Shown here piece by piece: positions 13,081-25,526 of a stretch of DNA of 64,000 bases. The notes beneath the pieces are model-generated. The model was not told the DNA's origin. It searched no databases and saw only the letters and a program-made list of their open reading frames with translations. A program made the translations under genes and the position numbers. The stretch is from Daphnia carinata. Lineage: Eukaryota. The stretch lies in NCBI RefSeq assembly GCF_022539665.2, contig NC_081333.1, forward strand, positions 9,858,001 to 9,922,000, written 5' to 3'. Each line of letters opens with the position of its first letter. Position 1 is the first letter of the stretch.

Positions 13081-15169
13081 GTTGTGCTACTCCCTACCTG
13101 AAACAACAACAAAAAAATACACCAAATAGCTCTCGTTTTTTATTTGAAAGGTTGACTTATACTTGAACGTTCTGCGACCTACGATCCGGCAGCTGTTAAA
13201 CTGTTTACTCATAATAACTTCTCATTCTGGACGGGGAGAAAAAAATTACAAAAACCAAAACATTCATCTCATTTCCCGTGTCTTGTCGTACTATAGCAGG
13301 TCAGCAAACCCTCTTTTGCTTTGTTTTTTTATTCGCTCTTTTCCCTATAAAAGTTTGTGGCTGTTGATCTTTAAACCAAAAAAAAAAAAATAAAATAAAG
13401 GAAAAACTAAAACGATTGCCTCTTGGAATATAGCCGTCTCAATTTGTGCAGGTCGTCTCCCTTCTTCCTCATCATCATCGTTCTGCCCCTTCTTCCTCAC
13501 CGCAGGTTTTTTTTTTTTCTTTTTCACGGTGTTTTGATTACTTTGTCCCGCCAGACCCCTACCCTCGTCAAAATGAAATCCAAAACATGGGCCCCCAAAT
13601 TGCCTTTTACAAGCCTTTTTTTTTCTTCTTCTTCTAACAGAGTCGATTTCATTTGGCTTTTTTTTCGCTAACAGAATGGTGGAACGAAATCGTTCAACCC
13701 TTGATTGTTACAACTTACGAACCTGTTTTTTTTTTCTTTTTTTCAATAGCCAGCCGCCAGCTATGACGCGGGCGAATTCTAGAGAAAAAAAAGAAAAACA
13801 AACGAGAGTCTAATAATGAGTCGATGCGAGGCCGTCGTTCGTTTTTCCCTCCTACCAACTCTATACCAACCCTTCACCAATGGCTGCGTCTTTGTGCCCG
13901 TGTGATTACACACATCGTCGTGCCGCATTTCTTTCGATTTTACCTCCCATTTTTTAATAACCCAAGTGGAGACAAAACACGGAAGTCGGTTCATTAAATA
14001 ACGAACAAAAATCCACAACACAAGACGGTCGTCTTTTTTTTTAAACTGACCCGCAACGACCTCCCCCCTTGTTTTCTGCCCACAAGGAGCCAGAAGGCCA
14101 AAACGAAAAAGAACAAACAAAATTAAAAGAAAAAGACGTGAATTTATTTTTTTTTCCTCGTATCGTTAGATTGCGGCTTCGTTACGGCCGATGCGAAGGT
14201 GTACGCGTTTACTGTGTGAAATGTGTGCATTTTCAAATAGGTGAAATGAACGCGCCGCGGGGAGGAATATACGGCTGTCCCCAGCTCATCGGCAAATGAA
14301 GAGAAACATTTTCTTTCAACTTCTTTCCGTAACCATTCGGCACCCCCCACCCATCCGATGAACCACAACTCTTCAAACACACCAAGGTGCTTCCCTTTTT
14401 CCCACACAGCAATGGGCGCAATTTGTTGTTTTTTTTTTTTTTTCTTCGTTTAGATAGCATTCATGAGAAAAGATAAAAGAATTAAAGAGAAAAAAGAAAA
14501 GAAAAAAAAAAAAAACGATTTTTAGATTTTCACTTTCACGACAGTAGCTGTATATCATCATCCCGCTGGCGGCTATACGCTCGGTTCGAAGGTGTCTGTT
14601 CGTTCGTGTATATACATATAAAAAAAAAACGGGCTGATTATGCCGCCACGCCAAAACGGTTGGCGGCGTGATACTTGACGATGACTTAGAGACCGACCAG
14701 CGGGATCGGTATTTCGCCGTATTTATTTAATTTTTTTTTTTTTTTTCTCCTACTTTTTTTTTCGTCCATGTGTATTTTTAGATATGGCGGCAAACGAGTT
14801 GAGCATCAACATACCTACAGAACCTCATAAAAAAAAGACAGCTGACTTTGCTTGGTTCAACTAACAGCACATCACAATGAATGGAACGGCCGACTTTCAT
14901 CTAATCACTGGAAAGAACGCATAAGAAAAGACACTTTTACGTGCGCAGCCTGTTTGTCCCGCAACGGCCTGATTTTCTTTTCTCCAATTAGCCCCGACTC
15001 GTTTCCGTTTGTCTCATAGGAAATCTGATGCGCAACAGGTGAGTGACGAGAGAAAATAGCGATTTCGTATAGTGAAATCGGATACCACCAAATTCACGCC
15101 ATTGTTCCACGGAATGTGGACAAATTCTTTTTGCCTACTTTTCAGTTACCGCCATGATGGAACGCTCAC

Positions 15170-15200
15170 CTGCTGGATCCATCATCGGCCGTCTGAACAT
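15170..15200 (-). CDS. Alternative first coding exon C (MFRRPMMDPA, phase 1); whole exon 15170-15219
   Basis: Acceptor tttttctctttttatttgatctgcaccAG (15221-15220); strong donor CAG|GTGAGC (15169-15168); three in-frame ATGs all give phase 1, yielding MFRRPMMDPAG-HDGIRRY. Confidence 0.65.
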
Positions 15201-18200
15201 ACATTTTTGCCAATCCAACCTGGTGCAGATCAAATAAAAAGAGAAAAAATGGCGGCGTCTTTCTTACGTGCTGCCCATCAAATCAGTTTTTTTTTAATGG
15301 ACATCCGGTTAAAATGGTCGTGAACACATTAAAATATTTCAGCAAAAAAAAAAAAAAAAAAAAAAAAACGCGCAACCGAAAAAAAAAAAAAAAAAAGTCG
15401 TACCGCCATTGTGCTCTTTTAACGTTCTGACGTCAGCAATTTGATTCCGAGAAGAGACGAACGAAAACGGATGTGAACAAATGAAAACGTACCGAGTCGC
15501 TCAACCTTATGAACGCTTGGCACGTTTACTCCCCCCATTTTTTTCCACTCTCCTTTTTCTTTGTAAGACGGTGCACGCTCATCTTTTGATTACATCTCGG
15601 CCTCTATATATTAGGGGCGTGGGGGTTGCGTATATCCACAGAGTGGCATAATACTTTATTCTCACATTTTCGTTTTAGAGTTTTAATACTTTGTGTCAGG
15701 CATAAAAATGATTGCTACCCCGCGAGTACACGTTCCTTTAATTGTATTTTCGTTTACGAGAGATGGACGCTGTTGCTTTTTTCTTCTTCTTTATAGACCC
15801 TCTTCATGTCATAAATCTCTGGTAGCTGGTATCCCGCGTATTTTCTATTCTTTTCTACCTTTTTTTTTTTTTTTTCAATAATACATCAAAACTCTTTGAT
15901 AAAGCTGACCATCTGGACCACCCTGATTCTTGTGCATTGCCCGATTCTTTTCTTACACATTGAACAATTCAAAATTAAAAATTAAAATTAAAATATAAAG
16001 AAAAATGAAAAACCGGAACACTGCAAAGGCCAAAGATGAGGCATCGCCACATACCATCCCACCAGAGAGTCTCAAAAAAAAAAAGAAAAGAAAGAAAGAA
16101 ACTTTGAAAGTCATGATATGATAATTTTTTTTGTTCCCCCTTTATTTTTTCTTGTCCCTCCTCAATTCCTTTAAGTCCACGCCGAACCGCCGAACGGTTG
16201 AATATAATGAGAAGTGTCAGTTTGACGCGGCTCAATGACGGTTTAAATTCCGCACCTGTTTTGTCTTTTTTTTTCAGTTCCCTACATTCCGCGTACGTAC
16301 ACATGCATGTTTACACGGTCCAATCGAGCCCAGACACAGAGATAGCAATCTAGCCGGGGAAAAAAAAGGCCAGCAAGATTATAGAGAACGATTTGAACGA
16401 GGTCGACACGGAGCAGGCATTTCAATTGAATTCCAATGTAGTTGCTTTTGAAAACAACCAAGATAAGTTAAGTAAATGAAAAAGATCGGCCAAGCTATTG
16501 TTTTACGCTTTTTATCCTTCTTCCACGAATGAAGATAAATTTAAAAAAAAAAAAAAAAAAAATTTTAGCTTGTCGATATCAATGGATCGCTTTTCTCGAT
16601 TGCACGCCAAAGAAACACGCAGGCCGACGCCGCTTTGTTTCCGTTGTCCCTATTGAAAAACAACCCACAACGACCCCGGTTAGTAATTTCATGGCAAGTA
16701 GACGGTCAGCAGACCAAAAGAAGTGAAGATTTCAAAACAAAAGAAGAAATGAAAAACAACAAGCGTGAAATCCCTTTTTTTTTTTTAAATTTTGTCTGTT
16801 ATTTCTAGCACCCGCTCCTACTGATTCTTCCGTCTTATTGTTCGGGATGAAAAGAGTGTGGCGTTGCAATGGCAGCAGTAATGTGGCTGCCATCGCATTC
16901 AGAAAGAGATGAATCGATATTATGAAACAAAAAAATACGAGGCTGGTCACGCGAGGCCAAAACGCCAGCCGATTGGGTAGTGAATCCAGACATACGAGAT
17001 GAATGCCCATTGACTTGCACATCTATTGTTTTCGTAAGCAAAACGGAAAAAAAAAAAAAAAAAAAAAAAAAATCAAAGGGAATAAGTTTAACCAGTACGA
17101 AGAAATACTCCCTCATAAACAGAGGGAGTATTTACCAGTATCAGTAATTACGTATCGCGCATTCAAATCCGCTAAAACGGGAGGAAAAAATTCACTAGAT
17201 CACAAGTAACCTAAAAATGAATTACACCTTCACATGACCTATCACGTCGAATGCTGCAATAAAGTCTTTGTTAGTCATGAACAATCACGAGATTTGTGTG
17301 GGAGCTTCCTTTCTTCGACTTGTTGATCGGCGCACAAATAATTCCGTTACTCCTCAATTTTTTTTTTCAAATTTTTTTTTCCATGGTTCCGTCTCGCACC
17401 GTCTACTCTGCCCACTGTGGATCCAGCTGAGGATGAACGTTGTAAACGTGGAAACGACATGTTCGATAATTATCTACCTGCGCTGGCACGAGCTCCACTT
17501 TGCGGTTGACGCGTGAAGCTACCGGGTTCTACCACTACGTAACGCCATGGCCATCGTTCCGACTGACGTGGGACGCTTGGCGGATGTTGGCTTCTCGGTG
17601 CATTGGCTTCTCCACATCGCAACACTCACACAAAAAGGGAAGGTGGGATAGAGGGATCAAGTCTAAATTTAGCTACGTCTCTAATATGTACAGACGATCG
17701 TGTTTCAACAAGATCCGGCTGTCGAACAATTCGAATCCAAAACGTAACCGGAATTCAAAACAAGGAAACGCGTTCACGTGCATAATGGTGATCCACAGTT
17801 TTCGCACGCTGTGAGAGAGATCATACAAAAAAAGTCAGTTAAAATCGTGGGGGGTATCGTAAACTAACCCCATTTTAGAGACGTTCAGTTTACGGTCAAG
17901 AAATGAAGAATAAGAAAGAAAAAAAAGAAGGGAGAGTTAGGCTACAAGTTATTCGCCTGACGAGTTGTTTTTCATCCCGTCGACAGGTAACGTAACGAGC
18001 GCGCCCTCTACCCGCTGTGCGCCTATCCACTGGCCAACCGCATAGAAAATACGGAGAAAAGGCGAAGCAACAAACGAACAAGCAACAACAACAAGAACGA
18101 ACAAGAGAAAAAAATTTCCAAAAATAAAAAAAAGAAAACAACAAATGAAAATAAAGTACGGCTGAGAGCTTGAAGCGCACATCAAGCCTGTGGATAAAGC

Positions 18201-18781
18201 TAGGTCGTGCAAGCAGCCGGAACACTGATTAGTTGCGTAATGAATGAATAGCACCACGCCTTGTTACATGCGAGATGAGCGATGATCTCTCGTTATGTTT
18301 CATACCCGCGCTGTCCAATTCCTCTACATCCACGAAAAAACCGACTGGGTCATGGAGTAGTTCACGTGAGTCACGAATATACATATATATATATACATAC
18401 ATATATATATACATATACGCATACTCTCTCTCTCTTTTGCCCCTCTCCAGCGGTGACCTTTCCATTTTGCTTTATTTTATGCTTCTTGATATTTACTCCC
18501 ATCCACGGCGGTGGGTGGATTGTTTCGCACGTAAACTCATCCGTCTTTGCAGAACAAGACGCGCTGCTCGACAGAGAAGGTTGCAATCCTTCTCCATGTC
18601 ATAGACGCGATTTCATAACAAAAAATAAGAAAAGAAGAAGCGGCAAACGAAATGCAGAAAAATAAGTCGGGCGTATTTCGTGAAATGCCGAAGGGAACGC
18701 GCAAAATTTACCCGCACGCTAGCCAAACGCCATCTAACGGTCACGAGCGAAGAAAGAATTGAAAAAAATGAGGCAACTTAC

Positions 18782-18953
18782 TACTTGCGCTCCCGTGCCG
18801 TCTCGTGGCGTAATCTAGCGGCTGTTGCTGGTAGTAATTCAACTGCTCTAATTTCTGCGCTCGCGACGGCGGTAAACCGGCGTTGCACGTAGGTGTCGGT
18901 TGTTGATCTGCCCGCGCAACCCAGGGCTTAAACCAATTACGGTCTTCCTTCAT
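18782..18953 (-). CDS. Alternative first coding exon D (57 aa, MKEDRNWFKPW...DYATRRHGSAS, phase 1); whole exon 18782-18960
   Basis: Acceptor tttttttttcttattgcttctAG (18962-18961), ATG 7 nt later, protein-like ORF, donor GTA|GTAAGT (18781-18780); 172 nt = 57 codons + 1. Confidence 0.7.
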
Positions 18954-21900
18954 CCTTTCCCTAGAAGCAATAAGAAAAAAAAAAGGGAAAACAATAGCTG
19001 TAATGAACGATATTCAACGTTTGATTTATGATACATGTATTATTGTAAACGGCGCACTTTATCATTCAGAAGAACAGTCAACACTTTCAAAATTTTTATC
19101 GCATCAGGGCATTTAAAAATTTGAAAGAGCTCCGGCCACGCCTTGTGTTCTTTACGAATCTAGTTCTCGTGTTAAATGCGCTGTTTTGCCATTTAACCCA
19201 TTTAATGCGAAGACAATAAACGAAAATGATAAAAGCGTTGTCGACAAAGTTGGGCTGCATGCCTTCATTTTGCACGCGCCCAAGAAAGGGAGCCCACTAC
19301 ACTTGACGAGTCATGATGAAAGGAAACGACGGGAAAGAACATTTGAAAGTAAACCAAACATTCTAGAGAAGTGATAGCCCGGGGGAAAAATTACCGTACA
19401 ACAACTAAGAGTATCTCGAGTTAAAAAAAAAAAAAAGGGGGGGGGGGCTATTCATGTGGTGACGTGAGCCGGAACTAAAACCAACATTTTATTCCGCATC
19501 CAAACCGGAATCGGATTTTATGGCTGGAATGTGATTCAACGGCGGGAAAGAAAAAAAAAACTTACGCCTGAAGTCAAAGACCCAAGACGGATGACTTAGC
19601 TTTTGGCAGACAGGCAACATACAAGTGGGCTTCATCGATGAATAACACAAATATTTAACGTACGAATTTCTTGCGGCCAGCAAATAAAGATGAACAGACA
19701 CTTGCCAGTTCGACATTGCGTGAAACGCACGTTTCACGGCTAAAGGTCTTCAACCAAAGAGACGTATCCATCTAGGCGTGGGGATGGCAGACCGTAAGAC
19801 ATGGGACGCGCGCTCGTGCGGTAAAGAAGAAAAATCGTGAAAATGCCAGGGAAAAAAAAGACATCACATTTCATTCACCTCTCGCGCTTTTTTTTTTTTA
19901 TTCGCTAGGAAAATACGAATAATTCGGTCGCGTCTGCCGTGGAAATCAACATGACATTGCATAAAAAAAACTGAAGATGAAACGCGTACAACAAAACATG
20001 TAATCAAACGAGATCAAGCAACGATCAAATGATCGTATTTACACCCTTTGGCGATGACTAGTGTTTTAACGATGATCAACGCAATCAATTCGCTGGCCAG
20101 CCAAAGAGAGACCCATGCCGCGAAAAAATTCAACAACGTAGTAGGTTGAAAATCTCGATTAATAGCGCGACATTCCTCTGCATCTAACACTACATTTTCT
20201 TAGCTAAAAAAAACAAACACAATCACTAGCATCGTCAATGTAGCGGTGCTTTTGCTACGTCGTTTCGCATCATCACCTTGAACAACCAATCATTTTTGAT
20301 TTGCTGGTCCGTTGGGTTAAGGTCGAATCTCCGTAAAAAGAACCTGCCAATTTTCACACAGACCCACTTACAGACACACACACACACATACGAAAAAGAC
20401 AAGGCAAAGAAGAGTGGCCGTTAACCGCTGAAATCTTTGTTGGGAGAACAGTGGGCTATTTCTGGTGGTATACGGTACGTTATCATTATCGACGCGAAGA
20501 AGTAATCACACCCATCCAATTTTGTTAATCCCCGCTTTTTATGCAAAACTGTTACCGCAAAGAAAATGCCATATTGGTAACGAGATAACAAAATTGGATA
20601 GTTGCACACTTGTCGTAAACAAAAATATGCAAGAGACACCATGCTGCCGGGCAGACAAGTTTGACTTTTGGTGTGGAAAGGAAAGAACAGGCTGGACCGA
20701 AGTCATCGACAGGGAAAACCATGGGGAATGCTTAAGGGGACGAGCGGACACGAAAAGCCAGAAGCAGAACCGTTGCAATGGATTTAGAACAATGAACCCA
20801 AAAAGAAGAGAAAAAGGTCAACGAGGGTAGGCCGATCGGAACTTCTTGTTCCCATAGCAGATGAAAACATTTTAAATTGAATTATTAAAAAATTCTGGCT
20901 ACTCGTCAACTTCTATCCCGTTATTTCTCCGAGCTTGTAATGTGACCTGTCCCTTGCCCAAATGCCGCGATCTTGTTTTGTCCCTGGCCAGTTTTTTTTT
21001 TCAGTCAAAGAAAAATTAAAAAAACAAAACAAAACTAGCAACTTTTCTTTCAAGTTAAAAAAAAAATCTTTGCAAATTCCAATTAGAACGGCACTTTTTT
21101 TTCTTTTCCACCATCACGAATTATGATATCAGCCGTGGGTTTCAAAATAATGGCTTCCAAATTGTCTACGTCGACAAGGTCAATCAATTCTCAACAGGCC
21201 TCGAACTAGCTGCCATAATAAGCGCAGGTCTCCAAGTTCGGAAAACAGAAATTCGTAGAATGTCTTTATCACATCAATTCGGTATAGACGAACAAAAGAA
21301 AGCAAAAGCTATTGTGCGCATACCACATCGATGGCTTTTCGTAGTTTCCTTCTGTTCGAGATGCCGAGATACGGTCGTTATAGAGAGCGGCTGATTTAAC
21401 TATTTGATCATGGGCATAGCTCGCATGCATTTTGAAATTGCGTTGCATCATGTTGAAAACAAAGTCTGGTCTAAGCACTAGCTACTGTTTTGATATGCTC
21501 GCTGCTCTTGTGACACAAATTGTTGCGTGATCTAATTTTCAATTAACAATCCAGTCGAATAACTCAAACTTACGAAACACCAACGGTGCCAAGGTGGTTT
21601 AATGCTACCGAGCATGTGACGTAGAATGAACAGCTTTGAACTTTCCAAATTACATTTCCAGGGCAATTGTTTTCGACGGCAAGAGCATTCACGGTATCGG
21701 AAAAAAAAAACTTCTCATCTGTCGGCTGATCGTTACGTCCTCCGTTATTTTCTTTCTACGGGATGTTCTCCGATTCGTTAATGAGAACCTGTTTTAACTG
21801 TGATTTTCTCGTTATCGATGGAAAGATTTACAGGCAACAATACGGTGGTTTCTACAAGACAAAAAAAAAATTCCTAGCAGTTAGTGCCATCTTCCCCGCA

Positions 21901-22775
21901 ACAAAGACCATAGTGGTGTTCATTATGCATAAACGAAACAGTTGAGACACCTGGTCTGTTTTTTAAGCAAAAAAAAAAGTTGTTTTCTTTGTTTCCGAAT
22001 TGCCAAACCTTTTTCACGACATCGCGAAATGTGATGAAAAAGCCCATAATTACAAAAAATAATTTTAAGGTAGTAATAAAAATACAAGCAAGCGTTCCTG
22101 GCATATTTAACATGACGACTCACGGCAGCATTTGTTTCACTGCGACAGAAATTTAATAAGCCGTGAAGCAGTAAAACGCAATTAAGCCGAGCGGGCGAGG
22201 CGTGCGCTCCGAGCCTGCGACCCACCAATAAACCCCCGAATGTCATCGCAAAATACTTCGCTTCGTTTCACTTTCTGTTTCCTCCGCGGTCCCCGCTACA
22301 TCAGTTTAATGAAAAACGGATCGCGTCATGATCAAGGGCTTTTTAAAAACCGCGAAGGTGAGACCGCATTCCCTAGCAACACCTTACGTCTTGCCTCGCA
22401 TCTTTTCACTGCTTCTTCAGCTATTAACTTTCTTTCGATTCTAAACGTGGGTACGGATTCGGGGTGCGATAATATTGAACAGACACACACACACACAACG
22501 GAATTGATCAAGACACGGATGCTTTTATGGAAAACAATTAACGCTCGACGATGCATAGCAGCAAGATTGTGCGGTCAGTGAGTTAAAGCTATAACGCCAC
22601 ATAGCCCAATGTCTTTACGGTTCGTTATTGGCGAGTGCTGGTAATAAGTGGTGATGAAAAAAAAAATGAAAATAAAAACACGAGAGTGATGGTGCGTTGC
22701 CAATTGGTCTATCGTGGAAAATCGAGTTTGTATACGGGAAGAATAACGAACGTACTGCATGGCAAACGTAAGTAC

Positions 22776-23083
22776 CTTCAAGGTTGTTATGCTTTAAGGC
22801 GAAGACGGGCCGCCAGGACGATGAGCCCTTCTAAGCTCTTCAAACAGATCCAATAAGAAAATGTTGGGGTCGTGCACGTACACAGAAAGGAAAGGTTCCA
22901 ATCACGCAATATTTCGATTTATTGAGTTGTTTTTCGAAAGCACGGCACTAACGACACTAGATAAACACGCTGGAAGCTGAAGCAATTCACGCGTTTGAAA
23001 CAGAAACAAACGATGAAGAAAAAAAATTACTTTCTCTCACGAACAACAGTTATTGCAGAAATTTCAGTTATTGCTGTAACTAA
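22776..23083 (-). promoter_or_regulatory. Probable distal promoter and non-coding first exon of the left-hand minus-strand gene
   Basis: Inr-like TTAGTT (23083-23078), a second TCAGTT at 23230-23225, donor AAG|GTACTT (22775-22774); stops in all three frames before the donor. The homopolymer-rich intronic texture thins to the right of here. Confidence 0.45.
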
Positions 23084-25370
23084 GATTTCTGAAACTCAAA
23101 TATTCGTATGTTCCCCTTCTAATGCACCAATCTAAGGAATGGAATACGTAATAGCCAGGAGGGTGCAAAACCGGATAAGAGCGAGGTCTGCTGCAGCTAC
23201 CACTACCCACTAAATCCAAAAGCTAACTGAGAGATCTATCGAATTCCTGTCGCCCACAGACCAAGCCTCCCGAACGCTAGTGGGCAGGTACAGAAGACGC
23301 GGATTCAAAATTTTTTTAGAGGGCACCAGTAATCGCTGCTAGTGCCTTTCTCTCTTCAAGGCATTCAACATAACTGGATGAACAAGTCATTGAATACAAC
23401 AACAAAATAAGGAAAACAAAAAATTGAAAAGTGAAAAATATTCATTTCATTTTCTCCGTGAATATTATGTTAAACAGTCAATGGCCTGAACTCCGGCTTA
23501 GCGATACCAGTTCGTATACGAAAAGCGAAACCAGCAAGGGGTGAATCGTGCCAAACTCTTTGCACGTTGGAAAGTTAGATGGTTAAGACTTACTTGACTG
23601 CCTTAGAGAACAGAAAATTTTCGAATCCAACACGGAGCCGATTTAACTGAACGAGACGTGATAACGGTGCGATGGTCGCTGTGTTCAACGTAAGATGACG
23701 GCGAGTCTAAGCTCAATAACCCACGAAACGTAGATAGCCTCTAAGGCTCATCTACCGCTTATAATAGAGAGGCCCATCGCTTTCAAGTTCGAGAACAACT
23801 TCTTACGTTACGTTTCGCTTGTTGTCTTTCCCCCCTCTTTTTGATGGCCATCAAATTCTCACATACGAGTATCCCAACGTCGGCAAAGTTCTTTGTTTCA
23901 GGACCAGCCAAGAATGGTCGACAATGTAAACAGATGTGCCCAAGCAATTGCCTATCTTTCTGGACTGATTTGTGTACATGTTGAGCGCACAGTTGGATGA
24001 CAGTGACGGAAGAAATAGAGTAATAATCGCGCCTTGTTTTTCTCCCACAATTTGTCTGCTCGCAACGGCGTGCAGTCGTACAAGATCCTGCCTTCCCCTC
24101 ATCAGTGAATTGTTCTCACGAATGCTTTTGATATTAGCCACGCCACGAAGAATGTGAAAAACCGCTCGATCGAGCGCTCTGCCAACCTTGAACGAATAAA
24201 TCTAGTAAAAATCAAAGTGTTGCTTTAAAAAGCCGACCATGGACGTTTATTCCTCCCCCCCTTTTTAAAAAATGACTTTCTTTACCGTAAAACATCGTAC
24301 CGATTTTTCTAACCTGCGACTAATTCCAGTACACCAGTGCGGCTTGCAAATTCAGGACAAACGGCTATCAGATACGACAGAAAGACCACAAACAATTTCA
24401 CTTTCTCCTTTCCTTATTTTTTTTGTTGTTTGTTTGGGGGGAAGGGGTACAAAAAAAACTTGAACTCCCTAAACCACGAATTGGCAGTCAAAAAAAAAAT
24501 CCTCAAGAAACTTTCTCCAACTTACAATCTCGGGGTATATTGATTTTTTTTTTTAACTTTGTGGCGTGGTAGAAAAACATGGGTTCACTGTAATGGAGGG
24601 CAGTTCGATTGCCTTGCATTAACTTAGGTTTAAGAATAAGCCCCTTAATCTCAGAATTCTAGCAACGGACACAAAAGAAATTATAGTCTACGGCATTTCA
24701 ATTGAAATGAAAAACCACGACATGAATTGGAATAGAAAATACAATTACTTTGACTAGCAAATGGGAGTACGAGTTACCAACAATTCGAAACCAAGGCAAG
24801 AACACGTGACAAAAACTGCAACTCTGATAAACTAACAATAATATTGAAATGGATTACCCAAAATGGCTGAATGCAGCAGCGGCACAGGGGAAATGACGGC
24901 GAATTGGTCCCAGCCACGTTTCATGAAGGTATGAAAAACTCGTTGCATAATGTAGTGCTCTCGTTTTCGAGGTGATCTGACGTTAGTAGCAAACATGATT
25001 GAGAACGATGCAACGGATTCGAGTTGATGGTTTCAAGGTACTATTTGTGGCAATCTGATCATGGCGGGCAAACCAGCATGCAGGAACCCGCACATCCACA
25101 GTTAGTGTTTTTGGGTTTTGGCGACACAGAAAATTGCAACAATACTGGACTGTTATTGATTGTTGGGCACACAGTTTGTTTCATCACTCGAAAATGGGTT
25201 GCAGGGTCAGTAAAAAAATTACAGAGCAAATTCTCAATGTTACAGAACTAATCTGTTCTACGCTCTACTGCGAACTATTGTCTCTGCGCACTACATCGAC
25301 CTTGTCTCCTCCAAGTCACTGGTACGTGTGGCAAGTCCGACTCTCAGACAAAAAGGGTTTTGCGTCGTTT

Positions 25371-25391
25371 TTTGGCGGGAAGTTTTCGCGC
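25371..25391. promoter_or_regulatory. Tandem E2F-like sites
   Basis: TTTGGCGGGAA (25371-25381) and TTTTCGCGC (25383-25391), both matching the TTTSSCGC / TTCCCGCCAAA consensus. Confidence 0.35.
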
Positions 25392-25520
25392 AATTTGGCA
25401 ACTCAAAAGATAACTGCAACAAAAAAATCTAAAAAAAAAAAATACATCACACAATTGATTTCTATTTTTTCTAAGAATAAAAAAAAAAAAGTAATGTGTC
25501 CATTCCTGTTAAAATATACT

Positions 25521-25526
25521 TTTATT
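25521..25526 (-). terminator. Candidate WAC polyadenylation signal (implies ~2 kb 3'UTR)
   Basis: AATAAA on minus followed by U-rich sequence; the first such hexamer I saw after the WAC stop. Confidence 0.4.

Noticed and set aside
22332..22556. ORF with a phase-1 donor (GAC|GTAAGG) as another alternative N-terminus
   Set aside because: Runs through a GT microsatellite and lacks promoter or acceptor support.
1600..22900. Many TACGTG hypoxia-response-like hexamers in the putative PFKFB introns
   Set aside because: Attractive biologically, but a hexamer this common in CpG-rich DNA is not distinguishable from background by eye.
24621..24632. AACCTAA on minus as a possible TTAGG telomerase RNA template
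   Set aside because: A 7-mer is expected many times by chance; no supporting structure or promoter.
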